The notes beneath the pieces were generated by a model, which saw only the letters and a list, made by a program, of their open reading frames with translations, was not told the origin of the DNA and did no database searches. A DNA stretch of 46,262 nt, from positions 1 through 46,262 of the forward strand of contig JBGPJK010000001.1 of NCBI GenBank assembly GCA_041485425.1. The letters are read 5' to 3'. Below are positions 15,966 to 25,396 of the stretch, piece by piece. This stretch comes from Terriglobia bacterium (GTDB taxonomy: Bacteria; Acidobacteriota; Terriglobia; Terriglobales; Acidobacteriaceae). A program made the position numbers and the translations under genes. The first letter of the stretch is position 1. Each line of letters begins with the position of its first letter.

Positions 15966-17219
15966 ATGGATATTCCCCGCGCCTCTGGAGCCAGGCAACG
16001 CCGCAAGCGGCAGATCCTCTACGCCGCCGCCGGGATCGCGCTGATTGCGCTGGTCACCATGGGCCTGTCGCGCCTGAAGCCGGCTGCCCCCACAGTGGAA
16101 CGATCCACCGTTTGGATCGACACCGTGAAGCGGGGACCCATGCTTCGGCAAGTCCGCGGGCTGGGCACGTTGGTTCCGGAAGAGATTCGCTGGATCCCGG
16201 CGGTTACCGAGGGGCGGGTCGATCGCATTCCGGTCCTTCCGGGAGCGGCGGTGAAGCCCGACACTATCCTGCTCGATCTCAGCAATCCGCAGTTGCAGCA
16301 GGAAGCGCTCGACGCCGAGTGGAAGCTGAAGGCGGCAGAAGCAGATTACAAGAACTTCGAAATGCAACTGGCCAGCCAGGTTCTGGCGCAGAAATCCGAA
16401 GCGGCCAAAGCAGAGTCGGAATACAGCCAGGCGAAGATGCAGGCCGATACCGATGCTGCCCTGCAGAAGCTGGGAGTGATTTCCGAAAACAGCTTGAAGG
16501 TCTCCACCACAAAGGAGCACGAGTCCGCCACCCGAAACCAGATTGAACACCAGCGGCTGGCCAACAGCGGTCAGGTACTGGAAGCCCAACTACAGGCGAA
16601 GCAAGCGGTAGTCGAACAGTTCCGGGCCCTGTCCCAACTCAAGCAATCCCAGCTCGCGGGTCTGCACGTACGCGCGGGCACCGACGGCGTCCTCCAGGAG
16701 CAGACCCTGAAAGTAGGGCAGTGGGTGACCCCCGGGACCACCCTGGCCAAGGTCGTCCAACCGCAGCGCCTGAAAGCTGAGTTGAAAGTTGCCGAAACCC
16801 AGGCCAAGGATATCCAACTCGGGCAGCCCGCCTCGGTTGACACCCATAACGGCGTGATCGCTGGTCACGTAACCCGCATTGATCCGTCTGTACAGAATGG
16901 CACCGTCACCGTCGACGTCGGCCTGGACGGCACGCTCCCGCAGGGTGCCCGGCCCGACCTCAGCGTGGACGGTACCATTGATCTGGAGCGCATCGCGGAC
17001 ATCCTGTATGTGGGCCGTCCGGCGTTTGGGCAGGAAAAGAGTACCGTCGGTCTTTTCAAGTTGGAGCCGGATGGCCAGACCGCCGTGCGCGCCCAGGTTC
17101 AACTGGGGCGCAGTTCAGTGAACACCGTCGAGATTTTGCAGGGATTGAAGGAAGGCGACCAGGTGATCTTGTCCGACATGTCGCGTTGGGACAACTTCGA
17201 TCGCGTTCGCCTGGATTGA
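15966..17219 (+). CDS. HlyD/MacA-family periplasmic adaptor (membrane fusion protein)
   Basis: 417 aa. N-terminal TM anchor (ILYAAAGIALIALVTMGL), lipoyl-like segments (VTEGRVDRIPVLPGAAVKPDTILLDLSNPQL...GVLQEQTLKVGQWVTPGTTLAKV), a long coiled-coil hairpin, and beta-barrel and membrane-proximal domains. Confidence 0.9.
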   Translation: MDIPRASGARQRRKRQILYAAAGIALIALVTMGLSRLKPAAPTVERSTVWIDTVKRGPMLRQVRGLGTLVPEEIRWIPAVTEGRVDRIPVLPGAAVKPDTILLDLSNPQLQQEALDAEWKLKAAEADYKNFEMQLASQVLAQKSEAAKAESEYSQAKMQADTDAALQKLGVISENSLKVSTTKEHESATRNQIEHQRLANSGQVLEAQLQAKQAVVEQFRALSQLKQSQLAGLHVRAGTDGVLQEQTLKVGQWVTPGTTLAKVVQPQRLKAELKVAETQAKDIQLGQPASVDTHNGVIAGHVTRIDPSVQNGTVTVDVGLDGTLPQGARPDLSVDGTIDLERIADILYVGRPAFGQEKSTVGLFKLEPDGQTAVRAQVQLGRSSVNTVEILQGLKEGDQVILSDMSRWDNFDRVRLD

Positions 17220-17250
17220 TCAAGCTTCCACCATCAGGAAAGGAGACCAG

Positions 17251-17949
17251 ATGAGCGATTCGGGCCAGTTGATCCGAATGGAAAACATCACCAAGGTTTT
17301 TTACACGGATGAGGTCGAGACCCACGCCCTCTCGGGGGTTCATCTGGAGATTGGCAAGGGAGAGTATGTCTCGATTGCCGGCCCTTCCGGTTCCGGCAAG
17401 TCCACGCTGTTGGCGCTGATCGGTCTGCTGGATTCCCCGACCGATGGCACCTATACGCTGAATTCCCATTCCGTTGCGCAACTCAACATCAGCGAGCGCT
17501 CCCGCATCCGTAACCGCGAGATCGGATTCATTTTCCAGAGCTTCAACCTTATCGGCGATCTCAATGTGTACGAGAACGTCGAACTGCCGCTGACCTATCG
17601 CGGCATGTCTTCGACCGAGCGCAAGACGCGGGTGCAGCAGGCGCTCGAACGCGTGGGAATGAACCACCGCACCAAGCACTATCCGTCGCAGCTTTCCGGA
17701 GGTCAGCAACAGCGGGTGGCGGTGGCTCGCGCTTTGGCGGGCAGTCCGTCCATCCTGCTGGCGGACGAACCCACCGGCAACCTGGACTCGCGCAACGCGG
17801 AAGCGGTGATGGACCTGCTGCGCGATCTGCACCGCGAAGGCGCCACCATCTGCATGGTTACTCACGATCCGCGCTTCGCCTCGCATGCCGAGCGCCAGAT
17901 TCACCTGTTTGACGGCCGCGTGGTGGAGGAGACGGTCGAGGTGAACTGA
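17251..17949 (+). CDS. ABC transporter ATP-binding protein (MacB/LolD-type), copy 1
   Basis: 232 aa. Walker A GPSGSGKST, signature LSGGQQQRVAVARAL, Walker B plus D-loop [13 protein letters not shown]-loop VTHD. SD AAAGGAG upstream. Confidence 0.93.
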   Translation: MSDSGQLIRMENITKVFYTDEVETHALSGVHLEIGKGEYVSIAGPSGSGKSTLLALIGLLDSPTDGTYTLNSHSVAQLNISERSRIRNREIGFIFQSFNLIGDLNVYENVELPLTYRGMSSTERKTRVQQALERVGMNHRTKHYPSQLSGGQQQRVAVARALAGSPSILLADEPTGNLDSRNAEAVMDLLRDLHREGATICMVTHDPRFASHAERQIHLFDGRVVEETVEVN

Positions 17950-18044
17950 TGGAAGAGTCCCGGTTCGCGGCGTTGGCGGCGATCACCTGACGTTGAGCAT
18001 CGGAACTGCGGGCCACACCGCAGCACTCCGCTACGAGAGAACTT

Positions 18045-20483
18045 ATGGACACTCTGCTTCAGGATATCCGCTACGGATTCCGCATTCTCGCGAAGTCGCC
18101 CGGCTTCGCCATCGTGGCCGTGATGACCCTGGCGCTCGGCATTGGCGCCAATACCGCCGTCTTCAGCGTGATGAATGCGGTCCTGCTCAATCCCAGCGGC
18201 GTTCCTCATCCCGACAGCGTGGTCGCTCTGCGCACCAGATACTCCGTGGGAGACCTCCAGAACATCAACCTCTCGCCGCCAGATTTCGGCGACGCCGTAG
18301 CAGGGAAAGAGGTCTTCACTTCGGCCGCAGTTCTTGCGGGGGCTGCCTTCAACTACAGCGGCAATGGGACGACGCCGGAGCGGCTGAACGGCGCCAAGGT
18401 CTCCTGGCAGTGGTTCGACGTGTTCTGGTCACGTCCTTTGCTCGGCCGTGTGTTTCGCTCTGAAGAAGATCAACCCGGGGCCGACCACGAGGTGGTGCTT
18501 TCCTATCTGACCTGGAAACGCCGGTTCGGCGGCGACCCCGACATCCTGGGACGCTCGCTGCTGTTGAACCAGGAGTCCTACCGGGTGATCGGCGTTATGG
18601 GTCCGGAGTTCAACTGGCCCAACCTGGCGGAGCTCTGGGTTCCGATCGCTTTGCCGCCCGGACGCTACTTCGACAGCAAGTTCCGCTATAACGAATATTT
18701 GTTCAGCGTGGCCCGTCTGCGTCCCGGAGTCACCCCGGCACAAGCGAGTTCCTATTTGCAGCTGCGGGCTGCGCAGCACATCGCGTCCGAGGGCCAGAAC
18801 AGTTACGGCCAGGCTTCCGGCTGGGGTATGTTCTGCATGCCGCTGGTGGAGTTTGTCGCGGGAAACCTGAACCGGCCGCTGCTGGTGCTGCTGGCCGCGG
18901 TGGGAATTGTGCTGCTGATTGCCTGCGCCAACATTGCTGGTTTGCAGCTGGCCCGCGCCTCGGCCCGACAACGAGAGGTCTCCATCCAGATCGCGCTGGG
19001 CGCAGGACGCAGACGCCTGGTGCAGCAGGCCCTGGTCGAAAGTCTGCTGCTGGCGGTGGCCGGAGTCCTGCTTGGCCTGGTGGTAGCCAAAACCGCGATT
19101 CCCCTGTTGTTGCTCCTAGCACCGGAAGGCCTGATGCAGAACGTTCAGGTGCATGTGGGCGGCATGGTGTTGCTGTTTGTTGCAGTTCTCGGAGGAGTCT
19201 GCGCTCTGCTATGTGGCGCCGCACCCGCCTGGCATATGACGCACGTGGAGTTCTACGAGGCGCTGAAGGAGGGCGGCCGCTCGGAGACTTCCAGCCACGG
19301 CCGGCAGCGCATGCGGTCTGCCCTGGTGGTTGGCGAGATCGCGCTCGCCATGGTGTTGTTGGTGGGCGCCGGACTTCTGCTGCGCAGCTTGCAGCAGCTC
19401 GAGCGGGTGGAGACCGGCTTCGATCCCCACGGTTTGATGTCCGCCACGTTGTCTCTCCCTTCCACCGTTTACAAGACCGACGAGCAACAGGCAGCCTTCT
19501 CGGTCGCCGCCGAGGAGCAGTTGAAGAACATACCGGGCGTAACCAGCGCTGCGATGGTTGATGCGCTGCCTTTCACCAACAACGGCGGAAGCGCGTCCTT
19601 CGAGATCGACGGCCGAACCCTGCCGCCCAACGATCCCGGCCCGCATGGCAACATCCGCCTGGTTTCCCCGGATTACTTCAAGACCTTGCGCATCCCGCTC
19701 ATGCGAGGCCGGGTGTTCACCTCTGAAGATCGCCTCAAGACTCAGTTGGTGACGGTGATCGATCAGACCTTGGCGCACCAGTATTGGCCGCATGAGGAGC
19801 CGATCGGTCAGCGCATTTCCTTTGGCGGAAACTCTCCGCGGATCACCATTGTGGGCGTGGTACAGCATGCCAAGAGTTCGTCTCTGGAGTCGGACACGAC
19901 TGAGGGTTTCTACTACCTGCCGTTGGCGCAGTCGCCCTCGCCGTCAGCCTCCATCGTGTTGCGTACCAGCAGTTCCCATCCCGAGATTCTGGCGGGCGCG
20001 ATGCAGTCTGCCATCCGCGCAGCGGACCCAAACCAGCCTCTTTATGATTTCAAGACCATGGAGCAGCGAGTCGATGACTCGCTGATGGGCCGCCGTTTTC
20101 TGGTGATTTTATTGTCGGTCTTCGCCGGACTGGCATTGTTGCTCGCGGCTCTCGGCCTCTATGGCGTGATCACCTACACGGTCCGGCTGCGCACCCGCGA
20201 ACTCGGCATCCGCATGGCGCTCGGCGCCCAGCCGGCGGATGTTCTGCGGTTGGTTCTCGGCAAAGGCGCGCGACTGGCCGCCGTCGGGCTGATTCTTGGG
20301 GTCGTCGCTACTTTCGCCCTCGGACGCTCGCTGTCGAGCTTACTTTTCCAGGTCACCCTGTTCAACCCAATCACGCTGGTACTGACCTCCCTAGTGCTGA
20401 CCTTCACCGTTCTGTTCGCCAGTTACCTGCCCGCGCGGCGCGCGGCGAAGGTCGATCCGGTAGTGGCTTTGCGCTACGAGTGA
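18045..20483 (+). CDS. ADOP-family duplicated FtsX/MacB-type ABC permease, copy 1
   Basis: 812 aa. N-terminus [21 protein letters not shown] plus TM1. Two repeats of a large periplasmic domain followed by an FtsX-type TM bundle. C-terminus [10 protein letters not shown]. This matches the TIGR03434 ADOP pattern as I remember it. Confidence 0.9.
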   Translation: MDTLLQDIRYGFRILAKSPGFAIVAVMTLALGIGANTAVFSVMNAVLLNPSGVPHPDSVVALRTRYSVGDLQNINLSPPDFGDAVAGKEVFTSAAVLAGAAFNYSGNGTTPERLNGAKVSWQWFDVFWSRPLLGRVFRSEEDQPGADHEVVLSYLTWKRRFGGDPDILGRSLLLNQESYRVIGVMGPEFNWPNLAELWVPIALPPGRYFDSKFRYNEYLFSVARLRPGVTPAQASSYLQLRAAQHIASEGQNSYGQASGWGMFCMPLVEFVAGNLNRPLLVLLAAVGIVLLIACANIAGLQLARASARQREVSIQIALGAGRRRLVQQALVESLLLAVAGVLLGLVVAKTAIPLLLLLAPEGLMQNVQVHVGGMVLLFVAVLGGVCALLCGAAPAWHMTHVEFYEALKEGGRSETSSHGRQRMRSALVVGEIALAMVLLVGAGLLLRSLQQLERVETGFDPHGLMSATLSLPSTVYKTDEQQAAFSVAAEEQLKNIPGVTSAAMVDALPFTNNGGSASFEIDGRTLPPNDPGPHGNIRLVSPDYFKTLRIPLMRGRVFTSEDRLKTQLVTVIDQTLAHQYWPHEEPIGQRISFGGNSPRITIVGVVQHAKSSSLESDTTEGFYYLPLAQSPSPSASIVLRTSSSHPEILAGAMQSAIRAADPNQPLYDFKTMEQRVDDSLMGRRFLVILLSVFAGLALLLAALGLYGVITYTVRLRTRELGIRMALGAQPADVLRLVLGKGARLAAVGLILGVVATFALGRSLSSLLFQVTLFNPITLVLTSLVLTFTVLFASYLPARRAAKVDPVVALRYE

Positions 20484-20487
20484 ACCT

Positions 20488-22938
20488 ATGGAAACGCTGC
20501 TCCAGGACATCCGCTACGGCTTCCGCATGCTGCGGAAAACCCCGGGCTTCACCGTGGTGGCAATCGTCACCTTGGCCCTGGGCATTGGCGCGAACGTCGC
20601 TATCTTCAGCTTTGTGGACGAACTTTGGTTACGCCCCATGCCAGTACCCCATGCCGATCAACTGGTGCGGATCTTCACCAGCAATCCCAGCAGCAAGGGA
20701 GAGATCGAACGGGGTTGGAACTCGTACCCGGATTTCGCCGACCTGCGCACCAGTGCCAAGACGCTTTCCGGAGTGGCGTTGATCGAGCGCCGTGGCGCCC
20801 TGTACGACGATGGCGTGCAGAACAACCTGGTGACCGCGGCAGTTCTCTCTGACAACTTTTTCGACGTTCTCCAGCCGGTGCCCGCCTTGGGAAGAACTTT
20901 TACTGAAAACGAACTCAAGAGCCCGCAGGCGCTGCCGGTCATGCTTAGCTATCCGTTCTGGCGCCGCCAGTTCGGAGGCGACGTTTCGCTGGTCGGGCGG
21001 ACCATCGTGGTGGACCGGCAGCAGGTTGCGGTGGTCGGCATTCTGCCCCGCGGATTTCGGGGCACCGAAGCCATGCAGGTGCCGGACCTGTGGATCCCCA
21101 TGACCACGTGGAGGCAGTTCGTTCCTGGCGACCAGCAGCGGCTGGTATCACGAGGCTTCCGCGACTACGAGTTGTTTGGGCGATTGCGGCCGGGCGTAAC
21201 CCTGCAACAGGCCGGCCTCGAACTCGGGGCTCTGGCGAACGCGCTTGCGCAAAGTTATCCGGATACGAACGTCGGCCGCAAGATGACCGTCGTGCCGGAA
21301 AACCAGACCCGCGGGGACTCGACCGCCATGGTCGGCTTTGTGCTGCTCGGGATCGCGGCGCTGGTACTGCTGATTGCCTGTGCCAACGTTGCCAGCCTGC
21401 TGCTCGCACGCGCCGAGCACCGTCGCAAGGAGATTGCCACCCGCGTGGCCTTGGGTGCGGTTCCCGGGCAGATCGTGCGTCAGTTGCTGACCGAGACCAT
21501 GTTGCTGACCGTCCTGGGGACGGCGGCGGCGCTGGCTTTCGGCAATCTTGTGCTCCAGTTGCTTCCTGTAGTGATGCCGCAAAGCAGCGTTGCAGCGGGA
21601 GTCGATGCTTACCTGAGCTTGCGTGGGTTCTTGTTCGCGATGGTCATCGCGGTGGTCTCGTTATTTCTCTTCGGACTTGCACCGGCTTTGCAGGCGTCCC
21701 GCGTGGCTCCGGCGCTGGCCCTCAAGCAATTTGGTGCGACCGGCGCTGCGGCGCGGAGGGGGTTCCGGAGCGTGCTGGTGGTGGCCCAGGTAGCCCTGTC
21801 GGTAGTCATGGTCGTGAGCGCCGGATTGCTGGTGCGCTCGGTGCTGAACGCGCTCAACTCGGACCCGGGTTTTAACGCCCACCAGAACATGCTGGTCTTA
21901 GAACTTGCGCCGGGTTTCGGCACCCGGAGTTCGCAGGATAGCTTGGCGTTTGTGCGCGAGGCGCGGCGGCGCTTGGAGGCTCTGCCGGGTGTGACTGCCA
22001 CCAGCATAGCCATGCGATTTCCCTTTGGCATGAGCGGCAGCGGCGCGACCCGCAAGGTCTTTCTTCTAGGAATCCCGGGTGCTGACGACCGTGAAGGCGT
22101 CACCATCAATTTTGATCCCGTCAGCGAGGGCTTCTTCGGCGTGTTGGGAACACGAATTCTGCGAGGTCGTGCCATCGAGGCCCACGATCTCGAGACCGGC
22201 GCTCACGTGACGGTCGTAAACCAGCGGATGGCCAGCCGCTTCTGGCCGAATGGCGACGCGGTGGGAAAAAGCATTCGCCTGGACAAACTGGATGGCGACG
22301 AGTACCAGGTGATCGGCGTCGCCGAGGTCAGCAAGTACAACGACTACCAGGAAGATCCCATGCCGTTTCTCTACGTTCCCATGCAGAGTGACGACTACGG
22401 CGAACTGGCGCTCGGGGTGAGCACCGGAATCGATCCAGGGACGCTGGCTATGACGGTACGGCGCACGCTGCGCGACATCAATCGCGAGGTGCCGATCCTC
22501 GGAATGCTCACCTGGCGAGACCAGATTCGCGAGGCGCTCTACGAACAAAGGATGACCGCGCGTCTGATCGTCGCTTTGGGCGGGCTGGGTCTGCTGCTGG
22601 CCGCCGTGGGCATCTATGGGCTCATGGCGTTTCTAGTGGCGCGGCGCACCCAGGAGATCGGAATCCGCCTGGCGCTCGGGGCACAGCGCAGCGCGATTCT
22701 CCGGCTGGTGATGCGACACGCGCTTGGACTGACTGCGGTTGGGCTGGCAGCCGGGATTCTGGGTTCGATCGCTGCGACCCGCGCGCTGCGCAGCTTCTTG
22801 TTCGGTGTGGCACCCACGGACGTGCTGGTCTTCGTGGGTGCCATAACGGTTCTACTGGTGGTGACTTTTGCGGCGACGCTGGTGCCTGCGATGAGGGCCA
22901 TCCGCGTTGACCCCATGGTGGCGCTGCGCTACGAGTGA
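20488..22938 (+). CDS. ADOP-family duplicated FtsX/MacB-type ABC permease, copy 2
   Basis: 816 aa. [21 protein letters not shown] ... [10 protein letters not shown]. There is a 4-nt gap to copy 1. Confidence 0.9.
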   Translation: METLLQDIRYGFRMLRKTPGFTVVAIVTLALGIGANVAIFSFVDELWLRPMPVPHADQLVRIFTSNPSSKGEIERGWNSYPDFADLRTSAKTLSGVALIERRGALYDDGVQNNLVTAAVLSDNFFDVLQPVPALGRTFTENELKSPQALPVMLSYPFWRRQFGGDVSLVGRTIVVDRQQVAVVGILPRGFRGTEAMQVPDLWIPMTTWRQFVPGDQQRLVSRGFRDYELFGRLRPGVTLQQAGLELGALANALAQSYPDTNVGRKMTVVPENQTRGDSTAMVGFVLLGIAALVLLIACANVASLLLARAEHRRKEIATRVALGAVPGQIVRQLLTETMLLTVLGTAAALAFGNLVLQLLPVVMPQSSVAAGVDAYLSLRGFLFAMVIAVVSLFLFGLAPALQASRVAPALALKQFGATGAAARRGFRSVLVVAQVALSVVMVVSAGLLVRSVLNALNSDPGFNAHQNMLVLELAPGFGTRSSQDSLAFVREARRRLEALPGVTATSIAMRFPFGMSGSGATRKVFLLGIPGADDREGVTINFDPVSEGFFGVLGTRILRGRAIEAHDLETGAHVTVVNQRMASRFWPNGDAVGKSIRLDKLDGDEYQVIGVAEVSKYNDYQEDPMPFLYVPMQSDDYGELALGVSTGIDPGTLAMTVRRTLRDINREVPILGMLTWRDQIREALYEQRMTARLIVALGGLGLLLAAVGIYGLMAFLVARRTQEIGIRLALGAQRSAILRLVMRHALGLTAVGLAAGILGSIAATRALRSFLFGVAPTDVLVFVGAITVLLVVTFAATLVPAMRAIRVDPMVALRYE

Positions 22939-22941
22939 AAA

Positions 22942-25395
22942 ATGATGAATGGGTTCATACAAGACTTGCGTTATGCGTTCCGCTTATTACGGAAGAGGCC
23001 CGGCTTCTCGGCGGTTGCGATCCTGACGCTCACGCTCGGCATCGGCGCGACTACGGCCATTTTCAGCGTCGTGTATGGCGTGCTGCTGCGTCCCCTTCCA
23101 TACGAGAGACCGGACCAGATCGTGGATTTGCGGGAAGTCAATGCGCAGGGCCACCTCATGCAATTCGCAGATCCGAACTTTGAAGATGTGCGCGCGCAAA
23201 GCCGTTCTCTCCAGGCTCTCGCGGAATATAATGCCTGGACCTCATCAGTTTCGGGTGGCGCGCAGCCAACGCGCAGCATGCTCGCGGCTGTCTCCAAGGA
23301 CTTCTTCCCGGTGATGAGAGTTCAGCCCGTTCGAGGCCGCAGCTTCTTGCCGGAAGATCAGCGTTTCGGCGCGGCTCCAGTGGCGCTGGTAAGTTACGGA
23401 TACTGGCAGCAATTTCTGGGCGGAACTGCGGACCTGTCGGCGATCAAGCTAACCATTGAGAACCATTCTGCGTCGGTGATCGGCGTGCTTCCGCCCGCGT
23501 TCGACTTTCCATCCAACAGCGGAATCTGGGTGCCACGGGAGCTGTACGAGGAGTTGCCGAGCCGCACCGCTCACAACTGGCAGGTGGTTGGGCGCCTTCG
23601 GGACGGTGTATCGCTTGCTCAGGCCCGCAGCGAGCTGACAACGATCGCCCACAGGCTAAAACATCAATATGGGCAGGACACGATGATGACGAATGGGTCT
23701 CTCGTGCCGCTGCGTGACGCCCTGACAAGCAGCATTCGCCTCGGCTTAACGATTCTTCTTGGCGCCGTTGGCTTTCTGTTGCTGATCGCCTGCGCCAATG
23801 TCGCCAATCTGCTGCTTGCGCAAGGAGCGGCTCGGGAGAGGGAACTCGCAATCCGGACCGCCGTAGGTGCTGAGCGTGGCCGGCTCATTCGCCAGTTTCT
23901 CACCGAGGCCTTGCTGCTCTCGTTGGCGGGCGGGACGCTTGGCCTGATTGCCGCCGTCTGGGGAGTCCGTGCGCTGCTTGCCGTCGCACCCCACATGCTC
24001 CCGCGGCTGGAGGATGTAGGAATTAACTTCCCGGTGCTGCTGTTCGCGATGGCGATTGCGTGTCTGGTGGCGGCCGGGCTGGGCGTATTCACCGCGCTTC
24101 GCGCCACTTCACATGACGTGCAGCATTTCCTCGAAGGGACACGCTCGGGCACTTCCCGGGGAGGCGCGCAGCGCGCCAGCAGAACGATCATCGCCGGCCA
24201 AGTCGCAATTACGCTGGTTCTGCTGGTGGGTGCCGGACTTCTCGGACGAAGTCTGTTACGCGTGCTTTCGGTGGACCCCGGATTCCGTGCGGAACACGCT
24301 TTGACCGTGGATCTGGCTCTCGCGTCCCCCGAACACGACACCGACAAAGTTCAGCGTGTGCAGTTTCTGGATCAGTTGTTCTCCCGCCTGCGGGGAATTC
24401 CGGGCGTGGAAGAGGTCGGCGGCACTAGTGACTTGCCGCTCACCCAGAGCCTCTCTGACGGCATTTACCTCCTCATGAACCCGGGCGAGGAAACTCCCAC
24501 CGACATGAAGACGCTCGAACAGATGTTTCATGATCCCGACCGCACCGGCGACGCGGACTACGCTTCAGCGGACGGCGGCTATTTTCGCACGCTCGGAATT
24601 CCGCTGGTACGCGGACGCCTGTTCAACGACACCGACACAATGAACTCGCCGCACGTAGCCTTGATCAGCCAATCGCTGGCCAAGGAAAAGTGGCCCAACC
24701 AGGATCCCCTGGGTCGCCTGATCGAGTTCGGCAACATGGACGGCGACCTTCGACCCTTAACCGTGGTGGGAGTAGTCGGAGATGTGCATACCGCTGCTCT
24801 GGAACGCCCGGCCCGGCCGACCATTTACGTGGATTTTGCCCAGCGGCCACAGAGCACGGCGAACTTCGCGGTCGTCATGCGCACGGCGGCTGACCCAGCA
24901 GCCGTGATCGCGACGGCTCGCCAGATTGTCCGTGAGCTTGATCCTGATATTCCTCCGAAGTTTGAAACCTTCGATCAGGTTGTGTCCGCGTCCCTGAGCG
25001 CCAGGCGTTTCAATTTGCTGCTGGTGGGAATCTTCGCGGCAGCAGCTCTGCTACTCGCTATTGCGGGCATTTACGGAGTGACGGCTTATTCGGTCACGCG
25101 GCGCACCAGTGAAATCGGGGTTCGCATGGCCCTGGGCGCCACCCCGGCCGGGGTTTTGCGCCTGGTTTTGGGACAAGGGATGCTGGTGATTTCAGCCGGC
25201 GTGATTGCCGGTCTCCTCGGCTCGCTGGCCCTGACTCGCACCATGAATTCGCTGCTATTCGGCTTGACCGCAACTGACCCAATAACGTTTGCTGCGGTCG
25301 TTGTGTTGTTGATTCTGGTAGCGCTGGTCGCCTGTTACATCCCCGCACGCCGCGCCGCCAAAGTCGATCCCATGGTCGCCCTGAGGTACGAGTGA
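22942..25395 (+). CDS. ADOP-family duplicated FtsX/MacB-type ABC permease, copy 3
   Basis: 817 aa. MMNGFIQDLRYAFRLLRKRPGF ... [10 protein letters not shown]. There is a 3-nt gap to copy 2. Confidence 0.9.
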   Translation: MMNGFIQDLRYAFRLLRKRPGFSAVAILTLTLGIGATTAIFSVVYGVLLRPLPYERPDQIVDLREVNAQGHLMQFADPNFEDVRAQSRSLQALAEYNAWTSSVSGGAQPTRSMLAAVSKDFFPVMRVQPVRGRSFLPEDQRFGAAPVALVSYGYWQQFLGGTADLSAIKLTIENHSASVIGVLPPAFDFPSNSGIWVPRELYEELPSRTAHNWQVVGRLRDGVSLAQARSELTTIAHRLKHQYGQDTMMTNGSLVPLRDALTSSIRLGLTILLGAVGFLLLIACANVANLLLAQGAARERELAIRTAVGAERGRLIRQFLTEALLLSLAGGTLGLIAAVWGVRALLAVAPHMLPRLEDVGINFPVLLFAMAIACLVAAGLGVFTALRATSHDVQHFLEGTRSGTSRGGAQRASRTIIAGQVAITLVLLVGAGLLGRSLLRVLSVDPGFRAEHALTVDLALASPEHDTDKVQRVQFLDQLFSRLRGIPGVEEVGGTSDLPLTQSLSDGIYLLMNPGEETPTDMKTLEQMFHDPDRTGDADYASADGGYFRTLGIPLVRGRLFNDTDTMNSPHVALISQSLAKEKWPNQDPLGRLIEFGNMDGDLRPLTVVGVVGDVHTAALERPARPTIYVDFAQRPQSTANFAVVMRTAADPAAVIATARQIVRELDPDIPPKFETFDQVVSASLSARRFNLLLVGIFAAAALLLAIAGIYGVTAYSVTRRTSEIGVRMALGATPAGVLRLVLGQGMLVISAGVIAGLLGSLALTRTMNSLLFGLTATDPITFAAVVVLLILVALVACYIPARRAAKVDPMVALRYE

Positions 25396-25396
25396 T

